64,000 nt of DNA from a bacterium. GTDB taxonomy: Bacteria > Zhuqueibacterota > Zhuqueibacteria > Oceanimicrobiales > Oceanimicrobiaceae. Where the stretch lies: the NCBI GenBank assembly GCA_037446635.1, contig JBBIIG010000011.1:30499-94498 (forward strand), given 5' to 3'. The notes below the pieces were generated by a model, which was not told where the DNA came from, searched no databases, and saw only the letters and a list, made by a program, of their open reading frames with translations. The position numbers and the translations under genes are program-made. This document shows, piece by piece, positions 43,485 through 53,718 of this stretch; the first letter of the stretch is position 1; the number at the start of each line of letters is the position of its first letter.

Positions 43485-46091
43485 TTATTTTGTCAGCACT
43501 ACCTCTTCGGCCCGCGCCAGTTGAATGGCGTTAAACAAAAATTTATACGTGCCCAGCGTTTGCGCCCGGTGCTGGGCGCGGAAGCCAATCAGCACCACCC
43601 GGCCTTTGCCCACCGGAATATCGAGCACGGCCGCCAGGCCTTTGATTCTGTCTTCGCCGTCCATCCAGCCGCTCAGCAGCAGATTGTTATCCGAATAGTA
43701 CGCCGGCACCGCCGTGCGATTCTTCCAATAAAGGGGACGAAACGCCGGGCTGTTGACAAACATGGCTGCCGCTTTTGAGGGCATGCCGAAAGCGATCGGC
43801 TCGGAGTTATCGACGATGATCTCCAGCAGCGAGCCGGGGCAAAAAAATTCCGTGTCTTTGACGTCCTTTAGAACGTTCACCGCCGGCAGGCCAAATTGCT
43901 CGATGGCAAAATCGCAGGCGCTGTCGAGGGTGATGAGGAGGCCGCCCTTTTCCACAAAATCTTTGAGCCGCTTGACGCCCTCCTCGCCGATGCCGTCGAG
44001 ATAGATGTCCGGCACCGGCGGCGAGAAAATATCCGGCTTATCTTTTTTGCGGCCGGTGAGGATCTGCTTCGGCTCCATATCGGGGAGGATGATGACGTCG
44101 TAGTCGGCTTTCAAATTGTCGCTGCGGAGATTGGCGTTGTAAATGGATTTGTAGGGGAAGTCGTACTGTTCCAAAATCAGGCGCGTCCAGCCTTCGTCCA
44201 TGTTGGCAGTCCACGGCTGGTACAATCCTAACTTAAAATTTTTGATCTGGTACGCCACCTGGCCTTGCAGGCTTCTTTCGGTTTGCTTGATTTCCAACGA
44301 CAGCGCCCGGGCCAGCGCGTTCATCTTCTCCAATTTCATTTCTCCTTCTGGAATATAAAGCGCGCCGGGCTGGTAGCGCCCGCCTGCAACTTCGACGGCG
44401 TTTTTGAGCCAGTAAATTTTGCGGCCTTCGTTTAGCATTAAATTGACCGCGCGGGCGCTGGCGTTGCTGGCGTGGCTGATGATGTAATCGCGCTCTTCAT
44501 CATCGAGCAAGGGCAGAACCGGACGGACGATGCTTTCCACCTGCTTCAGTTCCGCGGAAAAAGGCGACGGGATCTCGAAGATTTCGACGCCCATCATCAG
44601 CGGCAGCGTCCAGCCGGCGACGTCGTACGGGCGGATGGGCGGGCCGCCCGGGTAGTTGCGCAGCTCCGGGTAACGCTGGCGCTCCATCAAATCTTTGACG
44701 TACGGCCGAAACGGCTGCGAAAGCAAAATCACATAATCGCCTTTGGAAAATTTCAAATGGCCGGCGGTGAACTCCCCGTTAGCCTGATGCACCTCCACGC
44801 CGCCTAACATGAGAATGTCCAGCATGCGCAGCGCGGTGATGGGATCGTGCTGGGCGGCCGGAATCACATAAGCATACGGCGGCTCGCTTTTTCCTTTGGC
44901 GATGGCGTCCTGGTTCATCTTGCAAAAATTGTAGATGATGGATTCTTTTTCTTGCGCCGCCAGCTCCAGTAGGGAGAAGGTGATCGCCAGCTCGTAGTCG
45001 ATGATGTCGCGCAGCCGCCACCAGCCGCCGGGCCAAGGGTCGAGGAAATTCATGCGCTGATTGTATTCGGGCAAACCCTGGCGGCCGCCGGTGAGACTAC
45101 CTTTGGGGAAATAGAGCGGCGTGGCGATCTGCACGCTGGCCATCTCCGAGAGAATGCCCATCATGTTGTGCCACCACGGCGTCATCACCGAGGTGCCCTG
45201 CCACCAGGCGGTGTAAAACGCGTCGGTGACGATGCCGCGGAAATTCTGCGCCTGCAGATCGCTGGCGATGTGTTTGCCGAATTTGTTCATCTGCGCGAGC
45301 AAAAGCGGATGCAGGTTGGGATTCACCGGGTCGGCGTAGGGCGGCAGAAACAGCCGCGCGTTCGCGGAGCCCATTTGATGCTGGTCATACACAATGTGCG
45401 GGAACCACTCGTGGTAATATTGCCGCGACACCATCCGCGTTTCCACCAAATTCATCATGAACCAGTCGCGGTTGTTGTCGTGCCCGGAGTAAGGATGATA
45501 AAGATACGGTAGGGGCGAACCCTCGTGCGGGGTGTCGAGATACTGGTTGTACCAATCCACCACCATCTGCATGCCGTCCGGATTGAGCGAAGGAATCAGC
45601 AGAATGATCACGTTGTCGAGAATCTTCTGCGTGCGCGGCGAATTATCCACTGCCAGCAGGTACCCCAACTCAATGGCCTCCTGGCTGGAGGCAATTTCGG
45701 TGGAATGAATGTTGAGGGTGATCATCACCACCGCCTTGTTTTCCCGCGCCAGCAAACGCGCGTCGGCCTCCGAAAGATGGCGAGGGTTGGCGGCTTGCTT
45801 TTGCAAATTTTTGTATTTGGCGAGATTCATCATGTTGTGGGGCGCAGAGACGATCGCCATGATGAACGGCTTGCCGCGGGTGGATTGCCCTAGTTCCTGC
45901 ACGGTCACGCGATCGGATTGATCATCCAAAAGCCGGAAGTAATCCACCACTTTATCCCAGCCGAACAGCTTTTTATCCTCGCCGATTTTGTGGCCGACAA
46001 ATTTTTCGGGGGTGGGAATCTGGGCAAAGGAGGCCAAACTATCAAAACTTAGAAAAATGAGTACAAGCAGCAACGTTTTGTTGAGTTGCAT
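43485..46091 (-). CDS. M14 family zinc carboxypeptidase
   Basis: Signal peptide, IHSTE, NPDG, DNNRD, DQHQMG; C-terminal GATase-like region. Confidence 0.88.
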   Translation of the reverse strand: MQLNKTLLLVLIFLSFDSLASFAQIPTPEKFVGHKIGEDKKLFGWDKVVDYFRLLDDQSDRVTVQELGQSTRGKPFIMAIVSAPHNMMNLAKYKNLQKQAANPRHLSEADARLLARENKAVVMITLNIHSTEIASSQEAIELGYLLAVDNSPRTQKILDNVIILLIPSLNPDGMQMVVDWYNQYLDTPHEGSPLPYLYHPYSGHDNNRDWFMMNLVETRMVSRQYYHEWFPHIVYDQHQMGSANARLFLPPYADPVNPNLHPLLLAQMNKFGKHIASDLQAQNFRGIVTDAFYTAWWQGTSVMTPWWHNMMGILSEMASVQIATPLYFPKGSLTGGRQGLPEYNQRMNFLDPWPGGWWRLRDIIDYELAITFSLLELAAQEKESIIYNFCKMNQDAIAKGKSEPPYAYVIPAAQHDPITALRMLDILMLGGVEVHQANGEFTAGHLKFSKGDYVILLSQPFRPYVKDLMERQRYPELRNYPGGPPIRPYDVAGWTLPLMMGVEIFEIPSPFSAELKQVESIVRPVLPLLDDEERDYIISHASNASARAVNLMLNEGRKIYWLKNAVEVAGGRYQPGALYIPEGEMKLEKMNALARALSLEIKQTERSLQGQVAYQIKNFKLGLYQPWTANMDEGWTRLILEQYDFPYKSIYNANLRSDNLKADYDVIILPDMEPKQILTGRKKDKPDIFSPPVPDIYLDGIGEEGVKRLKDFVEKGGLLITLDSACDFAIEQFGLPAVNVLKDVKDTEFFCPGSLLEIIVDNSEPIAFGMPSKAAAMFVNSPAFRPLYWKNRTAVPAYYSDNNLLLSGWMDGEDRIKGLAAVLDIPVGKGRVVLIGFRAQHRAQTLGTYKFLFNAIQLARAEEVVLTK

Positions 46092-46128
46092 CTTTGCGTG
46101 TCCGAATTTTTGTGATCGAAATTCAGCT

Positions 46129-46575
46129 CTACCTTTTGTGGGTTACTTTGATGTTCGGCGCCGCCTGTTGGAGATCGCGGATGAACGCGGCGTGATCGTG
46201 CGGTGAAATTAAAATGAATTTATTGCGGCCGTTTTGTTGGTAGGTGATTTTGAGCCGATCCAGCGACAGCGCCGGCGAGCTTAACGGATTACGGGTCGCC
46301 GAAATTTCTTGAATGGCCGGCAAAGGAATACGCCACCGCAAAATACCGCTGCGCACTATTAAGGTTGAATGAGTGATTTTATAATAAAGCGGGTAAAGAA
46401 ATGAAAACATCAAAGCCGCCGAGATCGTACTGGCGAAAATCACCACCCATCCAGCATTTGGTTCGGCGTCCGTTAGCGTTAAAATATAAATCGCGAGCAC
46501 GATTGGAAGTACAAGTCCACTGCCGATGACTACCACAAGCCATGTATCTTTTTTTGAGGGATAAACTCGTTCCAT
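46129..46575 (-). CDS. Bacterial PH domain membrane protein
   Basis: YPSKKD.W, two TM, NPLSSPALSLDRL, ILISP. Confidence 0.8.
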   Translation of the reverse strand: MERVYPSKKDTWLVVVIGSGLVLPIVLAIYILTLTDAEPNAGWVVIFASTISAALMFSFLYPLYYKITHSTLIVRSGILRWRIPLPAIQEISATRNPLSSPALSLDRLKITYQQNGRNKFILISPHDHAAFIRDLQQAAPNIKVTHKR

Positions 46576-46582
46576 CAAAACC

Positions 46583-47290
46583 TCAAATGTTGGTTAATTT
46601 GATTCTGCTTTTCTTTGAAGGATAAATGCGCACCACTTCCTCCCGTGGTTTCAACGTGACCAGCGCCACGATGAACAGGCTCATGTTGAAAACCACGCCA
46701 ATGGCAATCACCAGCCAACCGGGAATGAGATGAAACACGTCGGCGCGTTTCAAGATGTCCGAAAAGTGCTCCACCGGCGTCGGATGAATGGAAACTTTGG
46801 TTACCCAACAAGTCGCCAGCACGATGAATATCCAACTGTAATTGCGGCGCAGGCGGCGGCCAAAGGCTTCGAGGAAGGTCATTTTGAAACGCGGGTGCTG
46901 CAGATCGCGGCTGAGCAGCTCGCGCCAATCTTCGTGAATCGGGTTTCTTGAGGGTGTGAACATGGTGGCGAAAAAGTTTTCGTTGATGAGCGCCACTCGC
47001 CAGCGCCAGAGGTCGAAGTACTTGTAGCGCCGGCTTTCGATGATCAAAAAGAACAAAACGAAAATCGTGGCCAGAATGATCACGAAGTGGGGAATATCCG
47101 GGTGGCCAAATCCGAAGGACAAAAACGCAGCAGTAGTAATGATCGCCCAGTTGGTGGTGATGTCCAGCCGCGTGCGCCACACCGTCGAGCGGTACATTTC
47201 GCCGCGATAAAAATGGGAGAGGGCGGTTACAAACTCCGATGAACTCAACTGCATTTTGGCCGGGGCGTCATCGCTCACGGGCTTCGTCAC
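46583..47290 (-). CDS. DUF2270 family membrane protein
   Basis: HFYRGE...WRTRLDITTNWA, ESRRY, RRLRRNY. Confidence 0.88.
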   Translation of the reverse strand: MTKPVSDDAPAKMQLSSSEFVTALSHFYRGEMYRSTVWRTRLDITTNWAIITTAAFLSFGFGHPDIPHFVIILATIFVLFFLIIESRRYKYFDLWRWRVALINENFFATMFTPSRNPIHEDWRELLSRDLQHPRFKMTFLEAFGRRLRRNYSWIFIVLATCWVTKVSIHPTPVEHFSDILKRADVFHLIPGWLVIAIGVVFNMSLFIVALVTLKPREEVVRIYPSKKSRIKLTNI

Positions 47291-47309
47291 CTCCTTTTTA
47301 AATTAAGCA

Positions 47310-47338
47310 AAAGAAAACCGCTTCTTGAGAAGCGGTTT
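47310..47338 (-). terminator. Rho-independent terminator after the M28 peptidase gene
   Basis: AAACCGCTTC-TTGA-GAAGCGGTTT with an adjacent A-run. Confidence 0.55.
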
Positions 47339-47343
47339 CAAAT

Positions 47344-49035
47344 CTATTGCAGCGCTATTTCCTGCAGAGAACGATCGCGAATCCGTTTGAATTGATCGTC
47401 CGCGTTCCACTGCGGCATCTCGGGTGCGTTGGCCACTTCCAACCCTAATTTCAAAACGAAGCGGCCAATTTGTTCGGCGCCTGCGAGGCTCCAGTTGGGA
47501 TCATATTCGTCGTCCACGCCGTGATAGCGCAGCCGGATGTATTCTTCCATCATTTGCCGGCCCCAGTTTTCCGGCTGGCCGACGTAGCTCAAGCCCGCGG
47601 TCACAAACACGGCTGGCACACCGACTTTCACCAGGCTGAATTGATCTGAGCGGAAGAACAGACCCTGCTCCGGCATGGGGTCGGGGGCGACCGTCAATTT
47701 CATCTCCTGCGCCACTTTTTGGACGGCGTCGCGAAGAGTCGAGCGCTCTGCTCCCCGCGCGGTAATGTCGTGCGTTCGGCCCCACACGTTCACGCCGTCG
47801 ATGTTGATGTTGGCGGCGGTCTTCGCAAGTGGAAACACCGGTTGCTGAGCATAAAACTGCGAACCCAACAAGCCCGATTCCTCGGCGGTGACGGCGGCAA
47901 ACAAAATCGTGCGTTTGGGGTGAAACGGCAGTTGCGCCAGTTCGCGAGCGACTTCCATCAGGGCGGCGGTTCCGGAGGCGTTGTCGAACGCGCCGTTGTA
48001 GATGTTGTCGTCCGGCAACTGCGGATTCATTCCCAGATGATCGTAATGGCTGGTGTAAAGAACACATTCGTTTTTGAGAAGGGGATCGCTGCCTTCCAAT
48101 TTGGCGATGACGTTCGGCGAATGCAGCACGCGGGTGGTATTTCTAATTTCCGCCGATACCCGCAGGGGCAACGGCATCGGCTTGAAATCGGCGGAGTTGG
48201 CTTGCGATATTAACTCCTCCAAGTTGTGGCCGAGAGTCGATAAAATGTTACTCGCCGCTTCCTGAGTGATCCAACCTTCGAAAGCGCACAAATTTGCATT
48301 GGGTTTCTTAATATAGAACTGTTCTTTGGAACGCGAATTTTGAACGACGTTCCAGCCGTAGCCGGCCAGCGGTGTGGTGTGAATGAGGATGACGCCGGCC
48401 GCGCCTTTACGGCCGGCTTCTTCGTATTTGTAGGACCAGCGGCCGTAGTAGGTCAAGGCGGCGCCGTCAAAAAAATTGGAATCCGCAGACGAGGGTTCGT
48501 TCACCAGCATGAAAAGCATTTTACCGCGCACATCGACGCCGGCGTAATCGTTCCAATTATATTCTGGCGCATCGATGCCGTAACCCATGAACAGCGTCTC
48601 GGCGTTGCGAACCGCGGTGGCGTTGGTATCCATTTGCGTCACGCCGACGAACTCCGCGCCGGGCGTCAAGCGCCAGGTTCGCTTTGCGCCGCGGAGGGTG
48701 AGAGCGGAGGTGTGGGTGACGCCCCGCAGCACGACGTTTTGGAAATAACTGCTGTCGCCCGCCGCCGGCAGCAGTCCGGCTGCTTGAAATTGCGCGGCGA
48801 TGTAATGAGCGGCTTTTTCGCCGCCAGGGGTGCCGGGGGCGCGGCCTTCCATCTCATCAGCCGATAAAATTTGCAGATGGGTGCGGATGCGCTCGGCTTT
48901 GACGGCGCCGTCCAATTTGCCGCGGGTTTCTGGAGAAGTGCAATTTGTAAAGATGAAAAGTGTGAACGCTAAAACGGTGAGCCAACTGCGATGGGGCATC
49001 GGCATGAAATCCTCTCCTCCTCCGAATAATTTCAT
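47344..49035 (-). CDS. M28 family metallopeptidase with PA domain
   Basis: MEGRAPG, SHYDHLG, GAFDNASG, AEESGLLGS, RSD, YH..DD. Confidence 0.92.
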   Translation of the reverse strand: MKLFGGGEDFMPMPHRSWLTVLAFTLFIFTNCTSPETRGKLDGAVKAERIRTHLQILSADEMEGRAPGTPGGEKAAHYIAAQFQAAGLLPAAGDSSYFQNVVLRGVTHTSALTLRGAKRTWRLTPGAEFVGVTQMDTNATAVRNAETLFMGYGIDAPEYNWNDYAGVDVRGKMLFMLVNEPSSADSNFFDGAALTYYGRWSYKYEEAGRKGAAGVILIHTTPLAGYGWNVVQNSRSKEQFYIKKPNANLCAFEGWITQEAASNILSTLGHNLEELISQANSADFKPMPLPLRVSAEIRNTTRVLHSPNVIAKLEGSDPLLKNECVLYTSHYDHLGMNPQLPDDNIYNGAFDNASGTAALMEVARELAQLPFHPKRTILFAAVTAEESGLLGSQFYAQQPVFPLAKTAANINIDGVNVWGRTHDITARGAERSTLRDAVQKVAQEMKLTVAPDPMPEQGLFFRSDQFSLVKVGVPAVFVTAGLSYVGQPENWGRQMMEEYIRLRYHGVDDEYDPNWSLAGAEQIGRFVLKLGLEVANAPEMPQWNADDQFKRIRDRSLQEIALQ

Positions 49036-49052
49036 AACGTCCTTTCAAGAAA

Positions 49053-50123
49053 TCAGGAAACTTCGGCGTCCTCCCACCGACCAGGAATGGCCGCCTGGCA
49101 CGAGTAGCATCTTCCTTTTTTGACGCGATTTTGCAGCACGCGAAATCCGTAGCGCGTAATCAGCTCCGCGCCGCAGGACGGGCAGTAGGTGTTTTCGTAT
49201 CTGCCGACCCGGCCAGGCAGGTTGCCGGCATAAACAAACTTCAGACCGGCTTCATAGCCAATTTCCGCGGCGCGAATCAACGTGCTCACCGGCGTGTTGT
49301 CCGGATCGGTCATTTTATAATCCTGGTGGAAAGCGGTGACGTGCCAGGGGATGTCCGGCGAGACGCTGGCTAAAAACTGCGCCATGTCCCGCAGCTCGCT
49401 TTCGGAATCGTTGAAACCCGGCACGAGCAAGGACACCACTTCCAGCCAGAAGCCGCGTTCGTGCACCATTTTAATGGCATCCAGCACGTGCTGAAGCACA
49501 CCCCCTAATTTGCGGTAGTTTTTGTCGTTGAACGACTTGAGGTCGATTTTGTAGAGATCGGTGTGCGGGCGAATGTAATCGAGCACTTCGGGGGTGGCAT
49601 TGCCGTTAGAAACGTAAGCCGTAACAAATCCTTCCTTCTTCGCCTCTTTGAAAATTAACATCGCCCACTCGCTGGTGATGAGCGGCTCGTTATAACTGCT
49701 GACGATCAGCCGGGCGTTGTATTTTTTTCCTAAAATGATGAGATCGAGTGGGCGGACGGTTTGCGGCGGCGCGACGGCGTTGGGGTCGCGCAGCGCCTGC
49801 GAGGTCACCCAATTCTGGCAATAGCTGCAGTGAAAATCGCAGCCAAGCATTCCGAAGGTCACGGCTAAAGAGCCAGGATAGGCATGATAAAACGGCTTTT
49901 TTTCGGTGGGGTCGCACTGAATGCCGGCGACGTAACTGGCCGGCACCATGAGTTTTCCACCCTCGTTGAAACGGACGCGGCAGATGCCGTCGCGCCCCTC
50001 TTTAATCAGGCAGCGATGGCCGCAGGCAAAACAAGTGAGACTACCGTCCGCGTGCGCCTCATACAATTCTCCCTCCATGGTGTAGCTTTTCAAAACATCT
50101 TTGAGCGTCAAAGCTTCAGCCAT
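49053..50123 (-). CDS. amrS: AmmeMemoRadiSam system radical SAM enzyme
   Basis: CFACGHRC, DPTEKKP, GCDFHCSYCQNW, SYNEP, PWHVTAFH, TYCPSC. Confidence 0.92.
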   Translation of the reverse strand: MAEALTLKDVLKSYTMEGELYEAHADGSLTCFACGHRCLIKEGRDGICRVRFNEGGKLMVPASYVAGIQCDPTEKKPFYHAYPGSLAVTFGMLGCDFHCSYCQNWVTSQALRDPNAVAPPQTVRPLDLIILGKKYNARLIVSSYNEPLITSEWAMLIFKEAKKEGFVTAYVSNGNATPEVLDYIRPHTDLYKIDLKSFNDKNYRKLGGVLQHVLDAIKMVHERGFWLEVVSLLVPGFNDSESELRDMAQFLASVSPDIPWHVTAFHQDYKMTDPDNTPVSTLIRAAEIGYEAGLKFVYAGNLPGRVGRYENTYCPSCGAELITRYGFRVLQNRVKKGRCYSCQAAIPGRWEDAEVS

Positions 50124-50164
50124 GGCAAATATCTCATATCAAAATCACCGCAAGTTCGTTTCGG

Positions 50165-50482
50165 TCACAAGGCGCGGCGAACTTTGTTGGTAGGAAATTT
50201 ATTGACCACTAACTGTTTCAGGCCACGCCGAATGCGATCGGGGCTGACCGAAATAATTTCACAACATTTTTCAAAAGAAAATATATAGTCGGAATTTTTT
50301 TCCTCGTAAATCCAGAATTTAGCGCTTTTACAATTTTTTTCTAATTGGCTGAGCTCGTGTTCCAGTCCCTTTTTTCGCAGTTGCCGGATTTTAGATGGAT
50401 TATGGCCATCAAGATAATCTTTAACAGCACGCAATACTACAGAAACCACTAACTTACGTTCTGTAATATTATTGGATCTCAT
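50165..50482 (-). CDS. Small basic hypothetical protein
   Basis: GGGAGA RBS; ERKL...V..RAVKDY...AKFWI...FSFEKCCEII.VSPDRIR pattern; AT-rich. Confidence 0.7.
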   Translation of the reverse strand: MRSNNITERKLVVSVVLRAVKDYLDGHNPSKIRQLRKKGLEHELSQLEKNCKSAKFWIYEEKNSDYIFSFEKCCEIISVSPDRIRRGLKQLVVNKFPTNKVRRAL

Positions 50483-50669
50483 CGTGTTTTCTCCCTCTTA
50501 TCTGGGTTGTGGTAATTTTGCTTCAAACACCGAAAACCAAGGGGGGACACTCTAAGTTGGCAAAACGGACAGATCAATGGAATTTCAGCAGCTATATTCT
50601 ACAAAAATGTCGAAAAAACGTGATGTCAATATAAGATATTTTTGTCTATAAATCAAGCCTAAACTTGGG

Positions 50670-51227
50670 TTACTTAATCAGTTTCGATACCTCTTTGAAC
50701 TCCGGCGTGCCCGCCCGCTCCAGCAATTCAAATAAAACCGATTCCACCGTAGTGAGCACCACGCCCGAGTAAGCCATTCGCTGCAGCGCGGTTTCATAGT
50801 CCAGCGCCTTGCGCGACGAGACCGCATCCTTTGGCAGGTGCACCTGAAAGCCTCGCGCCAGCAAGTCTAGCGCGGTTTGCTGGACGCAGACATGACACTC
50901 GATGCCCGTAACCACTGCTTGATGAACTCCCCGAAGTTTGAATTCGTCAATCAGCGCCTCCGCCCCGCAGCAACTGAAGGTCATTTTTTGAAACGGCTGG
51001 CCGCCCTCCAGCGCCTGCAAAATCGCGGGCTCGGTGGCGCCCAGCCCCTGCGGGTACTGCTCGGTGATAAAAACGGGTACCTTTAAAATCTGGCAGCCTT
51101 TGATGAGCTTGACGATGCTTTCCACCACCTGCTCGCGGTGCAGCATCACGGCGTTGATTTTCTGCTGCACATCGACGATGAGCAGGGCGGTTGTCTGGCG
51201 GTTCAAAATCTGTGGGTGGCGGATCAT
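50670..51227 (-). CDS. Isochorismatase family hydrolase
   Basis: LIVDVQ, TEQYPQGLG, KMTFSC, GIECHVCVQQT. Confidence 0.92.
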   Translation of the reverse strand: MIRHPQILNRQTTALLIVDVQQKINAVMLHREQVVESIVKLIKGCQILKVPVFITEQYPQGLGATEPAILQALEGGQPFQKMTFSCCGAEALIDEFKLRGVHQAVVTGIECHVCVQQTALDLLARGFQVHLPKDAVSSRKALDYETALQRMAYSGVVLTTVESVLFELLERAGTPEFKEVSKLIK

Positions 51228-51320
51228 GGTTGTCTCCAATATTTGATTTGAGAATTTCATTTGAAATTCTTAAACTCAATATACAATTTTTCACAAAAAC
51301 TGAAAAGGAGTTTTCTCGCG

Positions 51321-51857
51321 ATGAGCTTTTCGAATCCTGCGGCCGGGGCCAAAAACGCCGCTTCGGCCTACGTGACCGCGTTACTCAATTTGCTCGGAGA
51401 CCGCGACCCGCTTGCGGTGCAGGAAAAATTAATCCCGTCTCTGGAAGCGGCAGTAAAAGGCTTGGGTGCAGCCGCGCTGCGCCAGCCGGAACAACCGGGC
51501 AAGTGGTCGATCATGGAAGTTATCATGCACCTGGCGGATACCGAGATGGTTACCGCTTTCCGCTTGCGGATGATTTTAGCGCACGATACTCCGCCGATTC
51601 CGGCTTACGATCAGGATTTGTGGGCCAAACAGCTCCGCTACAACGACGCCCAATTGGAGGACGCGCTCGAGCAATTGCGCGCCGTGCGCGAGGCCAATCT
51701 CAGGCTGCTGCGTTCCCTGAGTCCGGAACAATGGCGGCGCTACGGAATCCACGAAGAGCGCGGGGAGGAAAGCATCGAGCGCTTAGCAAAAATGATCGCG
51801 GGACACGATCTGGCTCATCTCAACCAGATTGAGCGGATCAAGAGGGCAATTTCTTAA
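51321..51857 (+). CDS. DinB family protein
   Basis: KWS..EV..HLAD.E, GHDLAHL.Q; AAGGAG RBS. Confidence 0.9.
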   Translation: MSFSNPAAGAKNAASAYVTALLNLLGDRDPLAVQEKLIPSLEAAVKGLGAAALRQPEQPGKWSIMEVIMHLADTEMVTAFRLRMILAHDTPPIPAYDQDLWAKQLRYNDAQLEDALEQLRAVREANLRLLRSLSPEQWRRYGIHEERGEESIERLAKMIAGHDLAHLNQIERIKRAIS

Positions 51858-51879
51858 AACTAAAAGCTGGAGCCAAAAA

Positions 51880-52446
51880 ATGACTTTTGCAGATTGGAAA
51901 AAACTCTTTGCCGACAATTTGGCTACGATCGTAATCTTGTTGGTGATCTTAGTCCCGAGTATCTGGGCGATATCATCCTGGTATCACTCGGGCCAAATAA
52001 GCTCGTTATCCGCGACCATCGAAACCCAAAAAGAATCGTTGGCGTTTCTGCAAATGAAACTCAAAGACTGCGCGGAAGCAAAAGAAGACCTGGTGGACGC
52101 CCTTAAAGCTAACGCGCCCATAAAACCCGATGGTTTTCAAACGCCCGGCGCCCCCAATGATGCCGGCTATCCCATTATAAAAAATCCGGCAAAATTGACG
52201 AGATTGGAAGTGAACGATTTAGCGGACTTTTACGAACTAACCCGCAAATGGCCGGGCAATCCCCATTTGCAATTTGACGACGGCGATATTTCTTATTGGT
52301 ACCAACGCGGATTGAGTGAGCAGGAGCTCAGAAAGCAATTTGAGGCGCGCCGGCTGATTTTGCAGCGCGCCGAAAAAAGCGGCCGCAAAATTCCCACGAA
52401 AGGCGATCTCTCCGCCTTAGCCGAGCAAATAGTTGCAGATTTATGA
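51880..52446 (+). CDS. Hypothetical membrane-anchored protein
   Basis: GGAG RBS, N-terminal TM plus coiled coil. Confidence 0.65.
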   Translation: MTFADWKKLFADNLATIVILLVILVPSIWAISSWYHSGQISSLSATIETQKESLAFLQMKLKDCAEAKEDLVDALKANAPIKPDGFQTPGAPNDAGYPIIKNPAKLTRLEVNDLADFYELTRKWPGNPHLQFDDGDISYWYQRGLSEQELRKQFEARRLILQRAEKSGRKIPTKGDLSALAEQIVADL

Positions 52447-52479
52447 TTTGAGAGACAAACCAAAAAGTATGGAGGAATC

Positions 52480-52983
52480 ATGGCGCTGAAAGATGCGATT
52501 TTACCTGAGTTCGATCACGAAATGGCCAACACCCGCAAAACCCTCGAACGCATCCCGGAGAACAAACTGGACTGGCGGCCGCATCCAAAATCTTATAGCA
52601 TCAGAGAGCTGGCCACCCACCTCGCCAATTTACCCAGTTGGGCCAGCATTACCATCAATCAGGATTCGTTCGATCTCGATCCGCCGGGCGGCGGCTCCGC
52701 TCGCGTCCCGCCGGCCGCGTCCCGAAGCGAAGTTCTCGAACGCTTCGACAAAAATTCCGTGGAGGCGCGCGCGGTTATCGCGGCCGCCAGCGATGAAACC
52801 TTCCGCAAGCCGTGGTCGCTGCTTTCCGCTGGAAAAGAGATTTTCATCCTCCCGCGCATCGCGGTGCTGCGCAGCTTTGTGATGAATCACACCATCCACC
52901 ACCGCGCGCAGCTCTCCGTTTATCTGCGGCTCAACGATGTTCCGGTCCCCGCTCTCTACGGCCCCTCAGCAGATGAGGGATAA
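52480..52983 (+). CDS. DinB family protein
   Basis: TRKTLERIP, WRPHPKS, HLA, NHTIHHRAQLSVYLR, YGPSADE. Confidence 0.92.
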   Translation: MALKDAILPEFDHEMANTRKTLERIPENKLDWRPHPKSYSIRELATHLANLPSWASITINQDSFDLDPPGGGSARVPPAASRSEVLERFDKNSVEARAVIAAASDETFRKPWSLLSAGKEIFILPRIAVLRSFVMNHTIHHRAQLSVYLRLNDVPVPALYGPSADEG

Positions 52984-52996
52984 ATTAGATGATTTA

Positions 52997-53037
52997 GTAA
53001 GATGAGACTCATCTCGAAGACGAGTCTCATCTGTTAC
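52997..53037. repeat. GTAA-type palindrome overlapping the mpg stop
   Basis: GTAAGATGAGACTC...GAGTCTCATCTGTTAC. Confidence 0.6.
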
Positions 53038-53578
53038 TCACAAACTTATTTCCTTTAATATAAAACCGCCAGGGCAAATCCGTGGCTTTTGAGATGCCGA
53101 TGCGCGGCCCGCTGGCGATTTCAAATTGCCGCCGCGAATCGCGCCGCAAGCGAATACTTTTGCCGACAGGCTCGCCGTGCAGGCTCGGTTTAAAACCAAA
53201 CGCCTGAAAGAGCTTGCCCGGGCCGTTGGTTAAATTCTGCACCCGCTCCACGCCGCGCCGGGCCTGCATAGCCTCGACGCCAGCGGTGGGCTCGATGGCG
53301 CGAATCAGCACCGCGCCCGTGCCGTGTTTTTCAGTGGTAAAATTCAGGCAGTGGTACATTCCGTAAATAAAATAGATGTAGATTCGGCCGTAGGTTTCCC
53401 GCAGCATAACGCCCTTTTGCGGCCGGGTGACGGCGTGCGAAGCCGCGTCGTCTTTGTAGGCCTCGGTTTCCACGATGACGCCTTCGCAGCCGTTGTAAAT
53501 CAATTTAACCCCGAGGAGACGGCACGCCACGGTGAGGGTGTCAGCGGCAAAAAATTCGGGACCAAGGAATTGCGGCAT
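53027..53578 (-). CDS. mpg: DNA-3-methyladenine glycosylase (MPG/AAG family)
   Basis: IVETEAY, YIYFIYGMYHCLN, AVLIRA, NGPGKL, RIGI...PWRF. Confidence 0.93.
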   Translation of the reverse strand: MPQFLGPEFFAADTLTVACRLLGVKLIYNGCEGVIVETEAYKDDAASHAVTRPQKGVMLRETYGRIYIYFIYGMYHCLNFTTEKHGTGAVLIRAIEPTAGVEAMQARRGVERVQNLTNGPGKLFQAFGFKPSLHGEPVGKSIRLRRDSRRQFEIASGPRIGISKATDLPWRFYIKGNKFVSNR

Positions 53579-53718
53579 AAAATGTTTGGCTCCTAAGCGC
53601 CATGAATATAATTACCTAACCCGTCTTATTCAAGCTCAAAAAAATCGCCTGAAATAATCCGTTGAAGTTTAACGGATTATTTCATATATTTCCACCAATT
53701 AGTTCAAGTCCGAGGGTT

